A DNA stretch of 64,000 nt from Candidatus Woesearchaeota archaeon (GTDB taxonomy: Archaea; Nanobdellota; Nanobdellia; SCGC-AAA011-G17; GW2011-AR18): assembly GCA_018302105.1 (NCBI GenBank), contig JAGWAD010000023.1, positions 10,405 through 74,404 on the forward strand, in the 5' to 3' direction. Within the stretch, counting starts at the first letter, position 1. Every line of letters starts with the position of its first letter. The notes below the pieces were generated by a model. That model was not told where the DNA came from. It worked only from the letters and a program-made list of their open reading frames with translations, and did no database searches. Positions 37,669-47,466 of this stretch are shown one piece after another. Position numbers and translations under genes: made by a program.

Positions 37669-39180
37669 ATGTTAAGTGAAGAAACAAGAAATAAAATCTT
37701 AAAACCTATAAAATTAAATAAAATAATTAAAGATAATTATGATTTCATATTTTTATTTATATTCTTATTCTCATTAATTTTAGGAACTTATTATCTTACA
37801 CAAACATATAATCAGGCATTATGGTTTGATGAAGCAGATTACTTAAACTTTGGAAAATATGTAGCATTTGGATCACCAGAATGGGGTTTAGGGTCAGTCA
37901 GACCGCCATTATTTCCAATAATATCTGCATTATTTTTCAAAATAGGCCTTGGAGAAATAGGATTAAGAATTTTAATGTTATTATTCTATTTATCAAATGT
38001 ATTATTAATTTACTTAATAGGAAAAGAATTACTAAATAAAAAAGCGGGAATTGTTGCTTCAATAGTTACAGCAGTTTTCTGGTCGCATTTATTTTTCAGT
38101 TTTAGGATGCTTGTAGATGTTCCAGTATTAACATTTTGGTTATTAACAACTTATTTGTTTGTATATGGTTATATTAATAACAAAAGCAGATTAGCTGTAA
38201 AGTTAATATTACCAGTTTTATTCATTGGATTTTTATTCAAATATTTAAATGCAGTTCTTGGAATCATAATCTTATTATATTTATTAATAACAGAAAGATT
38301 AAATTTTATAAAAAATAAAGGCCTGCAATTAAGTGTTTTAATTACAGCAATAATGACAATACCATTTTTCCTGTTCCAGTACTTTTATTATAAAAACCCA
38401 ATAGCATTTTTAACAACTTCTCTTGGAGACAGAACAACATTAGGAAAGACTTTCACAGATTTCTTAATATTAAATATACAGCAATTAACTCCAATGGTCA
38501 GTTATACATTTGTAATTATTTTAATTATAGGTTTAGTCAGATTATTTGAAATATTCTTAGGATTAGATCTAATAATAAAAAATAAGAATACAGAATTATC
38601 AAAGAAATTTTTCTTGTTTTTATGGTTAATTATATCACTTATTTTCATATCAAAAATAGGTTTCGGTTATTACATAGAAGAAAGATATTCATTTATGCTT
38701 TTTGCAGCCATGTTTTTGATTATTGGTATAGGCTTAGATTGGTTGTATGAAATAATAAAAAAACATAATAAAGTACTATCCTTAATTATAATCACATTAA
38801 TAATAATATTTGGAGCCTATCAAAATTTATCAAAAGCAGATAATTTAATAAAAGATAAAGCTGAATCATTCAAACAGGTAAAACAAGCAGGCCAGTTTTT
38901 GGAAAGCCATTTAGAACATAATCAGGGTTATTTATCTCCTGCAACTTCAGCAGAAATACAATACCATTCAAATAGAAAAAATTTTGGTTCAGATATTAAA
39001 AATTATTTAAATGATACAAAAGTAAAATATGTTGTTTTATCAGGATTTAATCAAATGCCAGAAGGATACACAAAATTCATACAGGAAAATCAAAAAATTT
39101 TCAATCCAGTTGCAGTTTATTATATAGATAAAGAACAAAAACAGCCAATAGTCATAATATTTGAAATTATAAGAAATTAA
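37669..39180 (+). CDS. GT-C-fold membrane glycosyltransferase, PMT/ArnT-like
   Basis: 503 aa, polytopic. WFDEADYLNFGKYV after TM1 (loop-1 DE motif). C-terminal soluble domain. Confidence 0.6.
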   Translation: MLSEETRNKILKPIKLNKIIKDNYDFIFLFIFLFSLILGTYYLTQTYNQALWFDEADYLNFGKYVAFGSPEWGLGSVRPPLFPIISALFFKIGLGEIGLRILMLLFYLSNVLLIYLIGKELLNKKAGIVASIVTAVFWSHLFFSFRMLVDVPVLTFWLLTTYLFVYGYINNKSRLAVKLILPVLFIGFLFKYLNAVLGIIILLYLLITERLNFIKNKGLQLSVLITAIMTIPFFLFQYFYYKNPIAFLTTSLGDRTTLGKTFTDFLILNIQQLTPMVSYTFVIILIIGLVRLFEIFLGLDLIIKNKNTELSKKFFLFLWLIISLIFISKIGFGYYIEERYSFMLFAAMFLIIGIGLDWLYEIIKKHNKVLSLIIITLIIIFGAYQNLSKADNLIKDKAESFKQVKQAGQFLESHLEHNQGYLSPATSAEIQYHSNRKNFGSDIKNYLNDTKVKYVVLSGFNQMPEGYTKFIQENQKIFNPVAVYYIDKEQKQPIVIIFEIIRN

Positions 39181-39905
39181 TTCTTTTTACAGCAATATAA
39201 AAATTGATAACTAAACTTTAATGGAATAAATAAGCCTAAAACTTTTAATAAAGATCTTCTAATGACAAATAAAGGTCTATAATCAAAAAATATTCTTTGT
39301 TTAAAATTATAATCATCAGCTAAAGTTTTACTAATAGATAAACCATTCTTTCTGAATAAATTAACCCATTCATTATTAGTCCTTAAAGTTTCTTGTATTT
39401 CACTTTGATGTGTTCCTTCATGATTAGTAAATTTAAATAAAATAAAATCCTTATTTGGAACCATAATAAATAATCTAGAATCTTTCTTGCTAACTCTTTT
39501 AATTTCACTAATCGCTTTCTCTTGATCTAAAAAGTGTTCTAGAGAACCTAAACAAAAAACAACATCAAAATAATTATCTTTAAACGGAAGTTTTTCAGCA
39601 GCGCCAACTTTTAATGATGCATTTGGTACATTCAATTTTGCAAGCTCAATTGCTTCTTTTGATATGTCTATGCCTGAAATTTCAAATCCCTTACTAGAAG
39701 CAGCTTTTAATAAAAATCCTCTTCCACAGGCAATATCTAATAATTTCAATCCTTTTCCATTATCTAAATTAAGGGAATTTAAAACATATTCATAAGCCTC
39801 AAAAGGTCTTACACCTTCAGCAACTTTAAATGCACTTGTAACTCCCACCTTATCCTTCTTATAACATTGATTGTAATATTGTTCCACATCTTTAAAAGTA
39901 GTCAT
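39177..39905 (-). CDS. Class I SAM-dependent methyltransferase
   Basis: LLDIACGRGFLL motif I, FDVVFCLGSLEHF, 242 aa. Overlaps the downstream rSAM gene boundary. Confidence 0.7.
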   Translation of the reverse strand: MTTFKDVEQYYNQCYKKDKVGVTSAFKVAEGVRPFEAYEYVLNSLNLDNGKGLKLLDIACGRGFLLKAASSKGFEISGIDISKEAIELAKLNVPNASLKVGAAEKLPFKDNYFDVVFCLGSLEHFLDQEKAISEIKRVSKKDSRLFIMVPNKDFILFKFTNHEGTHQSEIQETLRTNNEWVNLFRKNGLSISKTLADDYNFKQRIFFDYRPLFVIRRSLLKVLGLFIPLKFSYQFLYCCKKN

Positions 39906-41027
39906 TTAAAATCTGCTCCTGTTTGTTATTAGTTTACTAAATGGAACAAATTTTGAAACCTTCTTAAACTTTTCCTGTATAAAATCATCCCTATAACCGC
40001 AACTTGCACATAAACCATTTCTGGATTTAGCTAATGCCTGTCTAAAAGATTGATATTTTGGACTATTCCATATTTCTTTAAATGGTGTCTGAAAAACATT
40101 TCCAAAACTAATTTGAGAATCATAAAAATAACAGCAAGGCAATACATCTCCTTCCCAGGTTATATAAGCACTATACCATGGCAGATAACAATGAGCATCA
40201 TTTAAATTTTTTTGTTCATCTTTTTCAATTTTATCAATATAATAACCAACACTGTCAATATTAACATTAATTTTTACTTTATCCTTTAATTCTAAAGCTT
40301 CATTATAATACTTTCTTAATTCAGAAATTTGAACATTATCTAATTTATTTTTCCTGTATTCCTTAATATCATATTCAGTTACAAAAGCACTATTTATCTG
40401 ATCAACACCAATTTCATCAGCTAATTTAATTATCAATGGCAATTCATGTATATTTCCAACCTGGCTAACAAAAGCCATATGTATTTGTAATTTTCCTTTA
40501 ACCTCATTTCTAATCTTAACCAAATTTCTTAGATTATTAATCACAGTTTCAAATTTTGCAGGAATTCTTATTTTTTCATAAGTTTCTTTTGTTGCACCAT
40601 CAACACTTATCGATATCAAGTCTAATCCACTCTCAACAATTTTTCTGGCTCTTTCTTCAGTAGTCAAAGTTGCATTTGAGTCAATTTTAGTAAAAGCACC
40701 TTTTGCTTTGCTATATTTAATTATTTCAAAAATATCACTATTCAATATCATTTCACTATATCCTGTTAAATTTACATAAGCAGGCTTTATAGTATCAAAA
40801 ATTTGTTTATATTTCTCTAAATTTAACATTCCTTTTTTCCTCTTCATAACATTCAAGGCACACATAGTACACCTTAAATTGCAAATATTCCCATTTTCAA
40901 TCTGTAATCTATAAGGTAAAGAATAAGCTTTTTTTCCAGAAACAAAACTACTATAACCACTACCTATTAATCTTGTAGCTGATTTCATTCCTGAACTTCC
41001 TTTAAATACAACTTCTGCTATACCCAT
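39906..41027 (-). CDS. Radical SAM enzyme with C-terminal SPASM-type Cys-rich domain
   Basis: GNICNLRCTMC (CxxxCxxC). C-terminal Cys cluster (CYLPW...LPCCYFYD...CASCGY) consistent with SPASM or twitch auxiliary clusters. Confidence 0.75.
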   Translation of the reverse strand: MGIAEVVFKGSSGMKSATRLIGSGYSSFVSGKKAYSLPYRLQIENGNICNLRCTMCALNVMKRKKGMLNLEKYKQIFDTIKPAYVNLTGYSEMILNSDIFEIIKYSKAKGAFTKIDSNATLTTEERARKIVESGLDLISISVDGATKETYEKIRIPAKFETVINNLRNLVKIRNEVKGKLQIHMAFVSQVGNIHELPLIIKLADEIGVDQINSAFVTEYDIKEYRKNKLDNVQISELRKYYNEALELKDKVKINVNIDSVGYYIDKIEKDEQKNLNDAHCYLPWYSAYITWEGDVLPCCYFYDSQISFGNVFQTPFKEIWNSPKYQSFRQALAKSRNGLCASCGYRDDFIQEKFKKVSKFVPFSKLITNRSRF

Positions 41028-41139
41028 AAAAATAACAAAATTAATTGATTTATAATAGTTTTTATTGGATTTTTAAAATATGTTATCAAATAAACAGGTA
41101 ACAAAATATTTATATTTTAGAATTTTAAGATATTAATTT

Positions 41140-41451
41140 ATGGAAAATACTAATCAAGGCACATTAGAAAAAAGAACTAGATTTTTTAATTCTTTAAATG
41201 GTATGAAACTTCCTATTTTAATAACAGCCATAACTTTATTCAGCGGAATAGCACTAATAAACTATGCTTTACCGAAAGATTGGTCTACAAGGTTTGCTGC
41301 TAAACAAGCTGGAAAAGAGTATGAAATATATGTGAAAGAACTAATTGACAGGGATATTTCATGTTTTTTTCAAAATGCAGATTATAATGAAAATGGACAG
41401 GTATCTAAAGAAGAATACAAGAGATACTTAGAAGAACAAAGAATAAAATAA
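41140..41451 (+). CDS. Small membrane-anchored EF-hand protein
   Basis: One TM helix (LPILITAITLFSGIALI), then a canonical 12-residue EF-hand loop DYNENGQVSKEE (D-x-N-x-N-G-x-V-S-x-x-E). Confidence 0.5.
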   Translation: MENTNQGTLEKRTRFFNSLNGMKLPILITAITLFSGIALINYALPKDWSTRFAAKQAGKEYEIYVKELIDRDISCFFQNADYNENGQVSKEEYKRYLEEQRIK

Positions 41452-42222
41452 CTACAATAATTTAATTTTTTCTAATAAAAACTTCTTATCAACAATTTTA
41501 AATTTCCCTTCATTAATATTTAACTCTTCCAAATTCAAATTTCCTATTTTTATTCTTTTTAGTTTTAATACTTTATTCCCAATACTTTCAAAAATCCTTC
41601 TGATTTCTCTTTTTTTCCCTTCGCTAATTGTAATATATAATTGATTTTTATTTATACATTCCATTTTTGATGGTTTTGTCTTATATTTGTTAATAATCCC
41701 ATTTTCTTCTAAATCAATAATAATCCCTTTTTCAATATTAAGTTTATCATCTTTAAATAATTCATTTTCTAATTCAACAAAATAAGTCTTTGAAATTTCA
41801 AATTTTGGATGTGCTATTTGATGTATTAAATCGCCATCATTTGTTAATATTATCAACCCAGAACTACTTTCATCTAGCCTGCCAATTGTTGATAATGATT
41901 TTTCTAACTTATTATTCAATTTTATTAAAGAAAATAAACTCTTTTTATTCAATCTCAAATCATTATTAGTTAATCTTGAAGATAAATACCCTTCTGGCTT
42001 GTTTAAAATTAAATATATCTTTTCATTGATTTTTAATAATTTATTTCTATAATAGACATTCTTTCCTTTGCTTAATTGATGATGTTGATTTGTTATAACT
42101 TTATTGTCAACAATTATTTCAGAATTTTTAACTGCATTTAATATCTCTTTCTTGCTTGAAAATTCTCCTGTCTTAGATAAAAACTGATGAAGTCTTATTT
42201 TTGTCATACAATAATTTATCAT
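41452..42222 (-). CDS. Pseudouridine synthase, RsuA/RluB family (bacterial type), with N-terminal S4 domain
   Basis: GRLDESSSGLIILTNDG catalytic block, KTYFVEL, EGKKREIRRIF. 256 aa. Confidence 0.8.
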   Translation of the reverse strand: MINYCMTKIRLHQFLSKTGEFSSKKEILNAVKNSEIIVDNKVITNQHHQLSKGKNVYYRNKLLKINEKIYLILNKPEGYLSSRLTNNDLRLNKKSLFSLIKLNNKLEKSLSTIGRLDESSSGLIILTNDGDLIHQIAHPKFEISKTYFVELENELFKDDKLNIEKGIIIDLEENGIINKYKTKPSKMECINKNQLYITISEGKKREIRRIFESIGNKVLKLKRIKIGNLNLEELNINEGKFKIVDKKFLLEKIKLL

Positions 42223-42241
42223 AATAGAGATATAAAGTTAC

Positions 42242-42670
42242 TTAATAAGAATCCAATAGTTTAGATTTCCATCTGTTCTCTACATATTCAATTTTGGGCG
42301 AAATAAATCTAAATAGGCTATTAGGAGTTTCTATTTCAAATGGATAAGATTCAGGAGTATAAATATGCTCCCTTTTTAGTTCGATAACTGATCGTATAAA
42401 ACCTCTTCCTAACAAGCCTTCCTTAGAAGAATATGTTTCAGGCAAAGCTACATAATGTTTTCTTTTAAATGACTCAAAGAGGAATAAACGCATTGCTTCA
42501 TTTGAATTGGCCTCACAAATAGTATAAAATGCACCAAAGGGATTATTATAAGTTTTAATAGATGAAAACACCAAACGATCTATAGGAAAATACTTATCTA
42601 ATGTCCTAGTATTCTTTGTCCTCATAGGTAAACCAATCTTCCCTTTATAGTGAGTAATTATATTTTTCAT
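42242..42670 (-). CDS. Hypothetical protein
   Basis: 142-aa ORF 19 nt downstream of the pseudouridine synthase gene. No family recognised. Confidence 0.4.
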   Translation of the reverse strand: MKNIITHYKGKIGLPMRTKNTRTLDKYFPIDRLVFSSIKTYNNPFGAFYTICEANSNEAMRLFLFESFKRKHYVALPETYSSKEGLLGRGFIRSVIELKREHIYTPESYPFEIETPNSLFRFISPKIEYVENRWKSKLLDSY

Positions 42671-42763
42671 AAAAATGATAATACTTCTTAATATATTAAA
42701 TTATGGTGCAAAAAATTTAACAACAATAGAAAGATATAAAAATAACTAAAATAACCAGATTTT

Positions 42764-43510
42764 ATGGAAATAATAGAAAGTTTAGAAGAAATAGGATTAA
42801 GTCGGCAAGAAGCCCAAGTATATTTAAATACAATAAAATTAGGAGATGCAAAAGCAAGCGAAATAGCACAAAAGACAAATTTACAAAGAGGAGCAATATA
42901 TTATATATTAAAATTGCTTAAAGAAAAAGGATTTGTTAGTGAAGTTACACGTTCAGGTATAAAATATTATTCAGCAGCATCACCAAATAGGATTTTCCAA
43001 TTAATTGAAGATGAAAGAAGAAAGAAATTGACATTATTAAAAGAGATATCAAAAGAATTAAAAAAATTATCAGCAACTTCATTAGAAAAGCCGAGAATTG
43101 AAATATATGAAGGAGAAGAAGGGTTTAAAACAATATTTGAAAAACTATTAGAAAAGAAAAATCAAGAATGGAGGTGTTATTTATCCAGTGAAATACTAGA
43201 ATATAACCCAATTTTCCATATACAATTCAGAAAAAGAAGAAAAAACAATAATATTTCAATAAGAACAATAACAGAAAAAAATCAAAAAATGGAAGAGATA
43301 AAGAAGTTAGACAAAGAAGAACTAAGACATACAAGATATAACAATAAAATATTAAGTAATTCAAAAACGCTCAGTTACATATTAGATGACGCAATTATTT
43401 TTATAAAGGCGAATAAAAAAGAACAGCTTGCAGTTTATATAAAAGAAAAAGAATTTGCAGATTTACACAAAAGGATATTTGATAAAATCTGGCAAGAATC
43501 AGGGGATTAA
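42764..43510 (+). CDS. TrmB-family transcriptional regulator (archaeal sugar-responsive type)
   Basis: N-terminal wHTH LEEIGLSRQEAQVYLNTIKLGDAKASEIAQKTNLQRGAIYYILKLLKEKGFV typical of TrmB. The C-terminal domain is consistent with the effector-binding region. Confidence 0.7.
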   Translation: MEIIESLEEIGLSRQEAQVYLNTIKLGDAKASEIAQKTNLQRGAIYYILKLLKEKGFVSEVTRSGIKYYSAASPNRIFQLIEDERRKKLTLLKEISKELKKLSATSLEKPRIEIYEGEEGFKTIFEKLLEKKNQEWRCYLSSEILEYNPIFHIQFRKRRKNNNISIRTITEKNQKMEEIKKLDKEELRHTRYNNKILSNSKTLSYILDDAIIFIKANKKEQLAVYIKEKEFADLHKRIFDKIWQESGD

Positions 43511-43549
43511 TTATCCATTAAAACATAGCAATATGGACTATAATTCAGT

Positions 43550-44365
43550 CTAAAAATCTTTTTTCTTATCCCTTATTTTTCCAGCATATAATCCAATTAA
43601 TGCTCCAATAGCTTCAGCAATTCTCATAATAATAAATCCATAAGTTAAATCAGGTCTTTTCAAAAATTCCTTCCAATTATTCAGATAAGCCTTTCTCAAA
43701 AACACCTTAGCCTGTCTTTTAGCTAATTTTTTACTTTTATTCATGTATCTTCCCAAGCTCAAACAATAATAATATTTTTTCTTTGCAATTAACCACAAAC
43801 TATCAATTAATTCATGATGAATAATAAGTTCATTTATCCTTCCAATATTTCCAATTTGCATAGCTGAATTATACAAATCTTCTATTTCTTGTCCAGTTAT
43901 TTTTTCATCAAAACCTTTTAATTTCAAAAAAGCATCTTTTCTGTAGAATCTAGGTAATTCCATATCAAAATCATTAATATAACAATTTCTTTCAAGAACT
44001 TTTACACTTTGCCAGTATCCTTTTCCAACAGACATTTCAGGAATTATCATTGCAATATTTCCTTTAAAATTATTAACAGATTCAGCAATAACATTTTTAG
44101 TAAGCTCCATGTCTGCATCTAAAAATAAAACATATTTTCCTTTAGCTTTTCTAGCGCCAAAATTTCTTTGTGCACTTCTTTCAGGCCCTTTATCATAAAC
44201 CTTACTATATTTTTTAGCTATTTCCTTAGTCTTATCCCTGCTTTTATTATCAATAGTTATGCATTCAATATTTTTATAACTTTGACTCTTAATACTTTTC
44301 CAGAATCTTTCTATATTTCTTTCTTCATTTCTTGTTGTTACAATTACAGAAACTAATTCTTTCAT
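43550..44365 (-). CDS. Family 2 glycosyltransferase
   Basis: VSVIVTTRNEERNIERF...ITIDNKSRDKT, FLDADMELT. Confidence 0.75.
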   Translation of the reverse strand: MKELVSVIVTTRNEERNIERFWKSIKSQSYKNIECITIDNKSRDKTKEIAKKYSKVYDKGPERSAQRNFGARKAKGKYVLFLDADMELTKNVIAESVNNFKGNIAMIIPEMSVGKGYWQSVKVLERNCYINDFDMELPRFYRKDAFLKLKGFDEKITGQEIEDLYNSAMQIGNIGRINELIIHHELIDSLWLIAKKKYYYCLSLGRYMNKSKKLAKRQAKVFLRKAYLNNWKEFLKRPDLTYGFIIMRIAEAIGALIGLYAGKIRDKKKDF

Positions 44366-45456
44366 TTTAATTTTTTTAATATCTCCAAAGTCTTTCTGGC
44401 AGTTTCATCCCAGCTGAATTTCCTGCTCCACAATAATGCATTTCTACCAAGTTTTTCTCTTAAATTTTTATTTGTTAATAGGAGTATTAATTTATTAATC
44501 ATTTCTTTTTTATTATTCACAATAAATCCAGTTTCATTATTTCTTATAGCTTCTCTTAAACCTGGAACATTGAAGGAAATTGAAGGAACACTGACTGCAT
44601 TAGCTTCTATTACAGTAACACCCCAGCCTTCCATACTTGATGGATTTACAAACACCCAGCTGCTTTTCAATAAATCTTTTTTCTTATTTTCATCAACAAA
44701 ACCATGAAAAATAACGTTTTCCGCAATTCCAATATTGCAAGAATACGATTTAAGTTCATTCTCAACTATTCCAGAACCAGCAATATGAAGTTTAGCATTG
44801 GGAATTTTCTTTAAAACTTCTTTAAATATTTCTATTAACAAATCAATTCTTTTATACTTCATTAATCTTCCAAAATAAAGTATAGAAGGATATTCAGTTT
44901 TAGTAACATCAGTTATAAATTCATTGTGATTAATGCCATTATAGACAATCTGGATATTTTTAGATTCAATGCCTAATAAGTTTTCCATTTCTTCTTTTGT
45001 AGTCTTAGAAACAGCAACAAAATTCGTATGCCTATAGACGATTCTTACCCCATATCTTTCTAGCAAGTATGGAAACCATGCAATAAAAAATGGAAGTTCT
45101 TTAAAAAAAACATTTTGGTGAACATGGTGCATTATGCAAATCTTTGGCTTTCTTGAAAATAAAGGACTAAAAAAAGGAATACCATTTTCTATATCAATTA
45201 TTACATCAGTTTCTTTTCTTAATTTAAATAAATAATAAAAAGGAGCAATTAAATAAATGCTGAATCTTCCGCCTGCTCTTATTATATTTACACCATCAAC
45301 TAATTCTTTATCTTTGGAATTTTTAAACTTTGGAGAAAATTGTATAACCTCATGCCTGTCTTTAACCCACCTTTTAGCTTGTTCATGTATATTTACCTCT
45401 GCACCACCTGCATAAGGGTGTTTTATATCCTTCCAGTTAAAAATTAAGATTTTCAT
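44362..45456 (-). CDS. Family 4 glycosyltransferase (GT-B)
   Basis: EGWGVTVIEANAVSVPSISFNVPGLREAI, 364 aa. Confidence 0.75.
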   Translation of the reverse strand: MKILIFNWKDIKHPYAGGAEVNIHEQAKRWVKDRHEVIQFSPKFKNSKDKELVDGVNIIRAGGRFSIYLIAPFYYLFKLRKETDVIIDIENGIPFFSPLFSRKPKICIMHHVHQNVFFKELPFFIAWFPYLLERYGVRIVYRHTNFVAVSKTTKEEMENLLGIESKNIQIVYNGINHNEFITDVTKTEYPSILYFGRLMKYKRIDLLIEIFKEVLKKIPNAKLHIAGSGIVENELKSYSCNIGIAENVIFHGFVDENKKKDLLKSSWVFVNPSSMEGWGVTVIEANAVSVPSISFNVPGLREAIRNNETGFIVNNKKEMINKLILLLTNKNLREKLGRNALLWSRKFSWDETARKTLEILKKLK

Positions 45457-46211
45457 TTGAGCTTCACCATAATCTTATCATAAATCTTGACTATGAATCT
45501 TAAAGGAGAGTACATTAATCTTAATCTTGTAATTGCAAGAAACATTTCTAATGATGTTTTTTTGACATTCAATTTTGAATTAGGATCATCATTCCATGTT
45601 GTTGGAATTTCCTTAATTGCAAAACCATTTCTTTTTAACAAATAAAGCAAATCAACATCAAAAGCCCATCTTGTAGTAACTAATTTATCAATTACTTTAA
45701 TTATAGATTTTCTCTTGAACAATTTAGCACCGCATTGCGAATCACTAATTCTTAATCCAAACATTATCCTGATAAGCAAATTAAATACCCTGGATGCAAT
45801 TCTCCTTATTAGCGGCTGTCTCGTGCCTATCTTAGCCCCTTTCATCCACCTGGAAGCAATTATAGCATCATAGTTATCAATATTATTATACAAATCATAA
45901 AAAGCATCCGAATCAGTGCTTAAGTCTGCATCAACAAATCCTGCAAATTCTCCTTTGGATTTTTTAAATCCTTCTATAACTGCTCCTCCTTTTCCAACAA
46001 AATAAGGGATATTATAAACCTTACAATTTTTGTATTTTTTAGCAAAATTCTTAGCAATTTCAGGAGTTGCATCCTTACAATTATTTGGGATAACAACCAA
46101 CTCAAAATTATCTTTAAACTTTTTATAAAAAAAATCGTAATAACTATCCAAAGTTTTAATTATCCTTTTTTCCTCATTATACGCTGGAATTATTATTGAT
46201 AGTTTTTTCAT
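45453..46211 (-). CDS. Family 2 glycosyltransferase, Dpm1/Alg5-like (candidate dolichyl-phosphate hexosyltransferase)
   Basis: LSIIIPAYNEEKRIIKTL, FAGFVDADLSTD, 252 aa. Confidence 0.75.
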   Translation of the reverse strand: MKKLSIIIPAYNEEKRIIKTLDSYYDFFYKKFKDNFELVVIPNNCKDATPEIAKNFAKKYKNCKVYNIPYFVGKGGAVIEGFKKSKGEFAGFVDADLSTDSDAFYDLYNNIDNYDAIIASRWMKGAKIGTRQPLIRRIASRVFNLLIRIMFGLRISDSQCGAKLFKRKSIIKVIDKLVTTRWAFDVDLLYLLKRNGFAIKEIPTTWNDDPNSKLNVKKTSLEMFLAITRLRLMYSPLRFIVKIYDKIMVKLK

Positions 46212-47466
46212 TTTTAAAAGTATAAATTATCAAAGCAATAAACATAGATATTGACAAACCTAATAATATTAATACAACTTGCATTAAACTAGAGTGATAT
46301 AAATAAATAGTAACAAATTCAATAAGCAAAAATAATCCTAAAATATATACAAATCTTTTCCTGTTAATTGATAAATTATAATATACTAGCACATAACTTA
46401 AAGATAAAAATAACATAATCAGACCAAACAATCCAGTCATATTTGCTATAGCTAAGTAATTTTTCCCATATAAAATATTAATTATTAATTTAGGAAAAAG
46501 TGAATAAATTAAAACTGCAAAACCTCCAAGTAAAGTAACTAAAAATAAAGCTTTTTTAAGTAATTTATTATTTTGTTTATTCAAAGAAAAATTCGCAACA
46601 GATTTTGGAAACATAACTAAGGCTATGCTTTGAGTTCCAAAAAATATTATTCTTCCAATATAGCTCAATGCAATATAAAGTCCAGCTTCACTTTCACTAA
46701 AAAATTTCTTTACTAATAAAGTATCAATAGTATATAATCCAGTAAATAAAACTAATGAAATCATAACAGGTATTGCATATGAATAAATTTCTTTACTATC
46801 AAAAGATTCATTTTTTTTCTTCAGATAAACAATTAAAACAAATAATGCAATTACAAAAGGCACAAGATAACTAACTACCAATGCAGAAACAGCACCAGCA
46901 ACCCCAAATCCTAAAACAACAAATAATATTCCAAATCCTATTTTTGCAATTCCTTCTATAGTCATATTTATTCCAAGAGCTTTAAATCTCTCCATACCTT
47001 GCATAATTCCTCTTAAAACAGGAAGCATTAAAGCAAATATTATGATAGGAGATAAAAATCTAAGTGGTTTAACAGGAATATTAAGGAAATTAGCAATAAT
47101 AGAACTAAATGCAAAAAACAAAATAAATACAATTAAACCAATAAAAAATAATCTTTTCATAGACCTTCTTAACAATATGTTAATTTTGTCAATCTGGTTT
47201 TTGGCCTTAAATGAAGCAACAAAGTTAGTTATGCTTGTTTGTACAACATTAAAAGGAACAAGTATAATATAAAGTAAAGAAAAAATTGCTCCAAGTATTC
47301 CATATTCAGCAGGACCTAATACCCTGCCCATGAAAAAATGAAAAAAGAACCCTGCTAAATTTAATCCTAAAGTTGAAAAGAATAATATAGCACTGTCTCT
47401 AATTAAACTATCCTCTTTACTGTATTTTAATAATTTTTTTAAATCAACCATATTAAACTTGAGCAA
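46177..47466 (-). CDS. Oligosaccharide flippase (MOP superfamily, Wzx/AglR-like polysaccharide biosynthesis protein)
   Basis: 429 aa, about 12 TM helices with the Wzx/PST-type N-terminal pattern. Lies between the GT2/GT4 genes and the AglH-like gene. Confidence 0.65.
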   Translation of the reverse strand: MLKFNMVDLKKLLKYSKEDSLIRDSAILFFSTLGLNLAGFFFHFFMGRVLGPAEYGILGAIFSLLYIILVPFNVVQTSITNFVASFKAKNQIDKINILLRRSMKRLFFIGLIVFILFFAFSSIIANFLNIPVKPLRFLSPIIIFALMLPVLRGIMQGMERFKALGINMTIEGIAKIGFGILFVVLGFGVAGAVSALVVSYLVPFVIALFVLIVYLKKKNESFDSKEIYSYAIPVMISLVLFTGLYTIDTLLVKKFFSESEAGLYIALSYIGRIIFFGTQSIALVMFPKSVANFSLNKQNNKLLKKALFLVTLLGGFAVLIYSLFPKLIINILYGKNYLAIANMTGLFGLIMLFLSLSYVLVYYNLSINRKRFVYILGLFLLIEFVTIYLYHSSLMQVVLILLGLSISMFIALIIYTFKNEKTINNNSSV

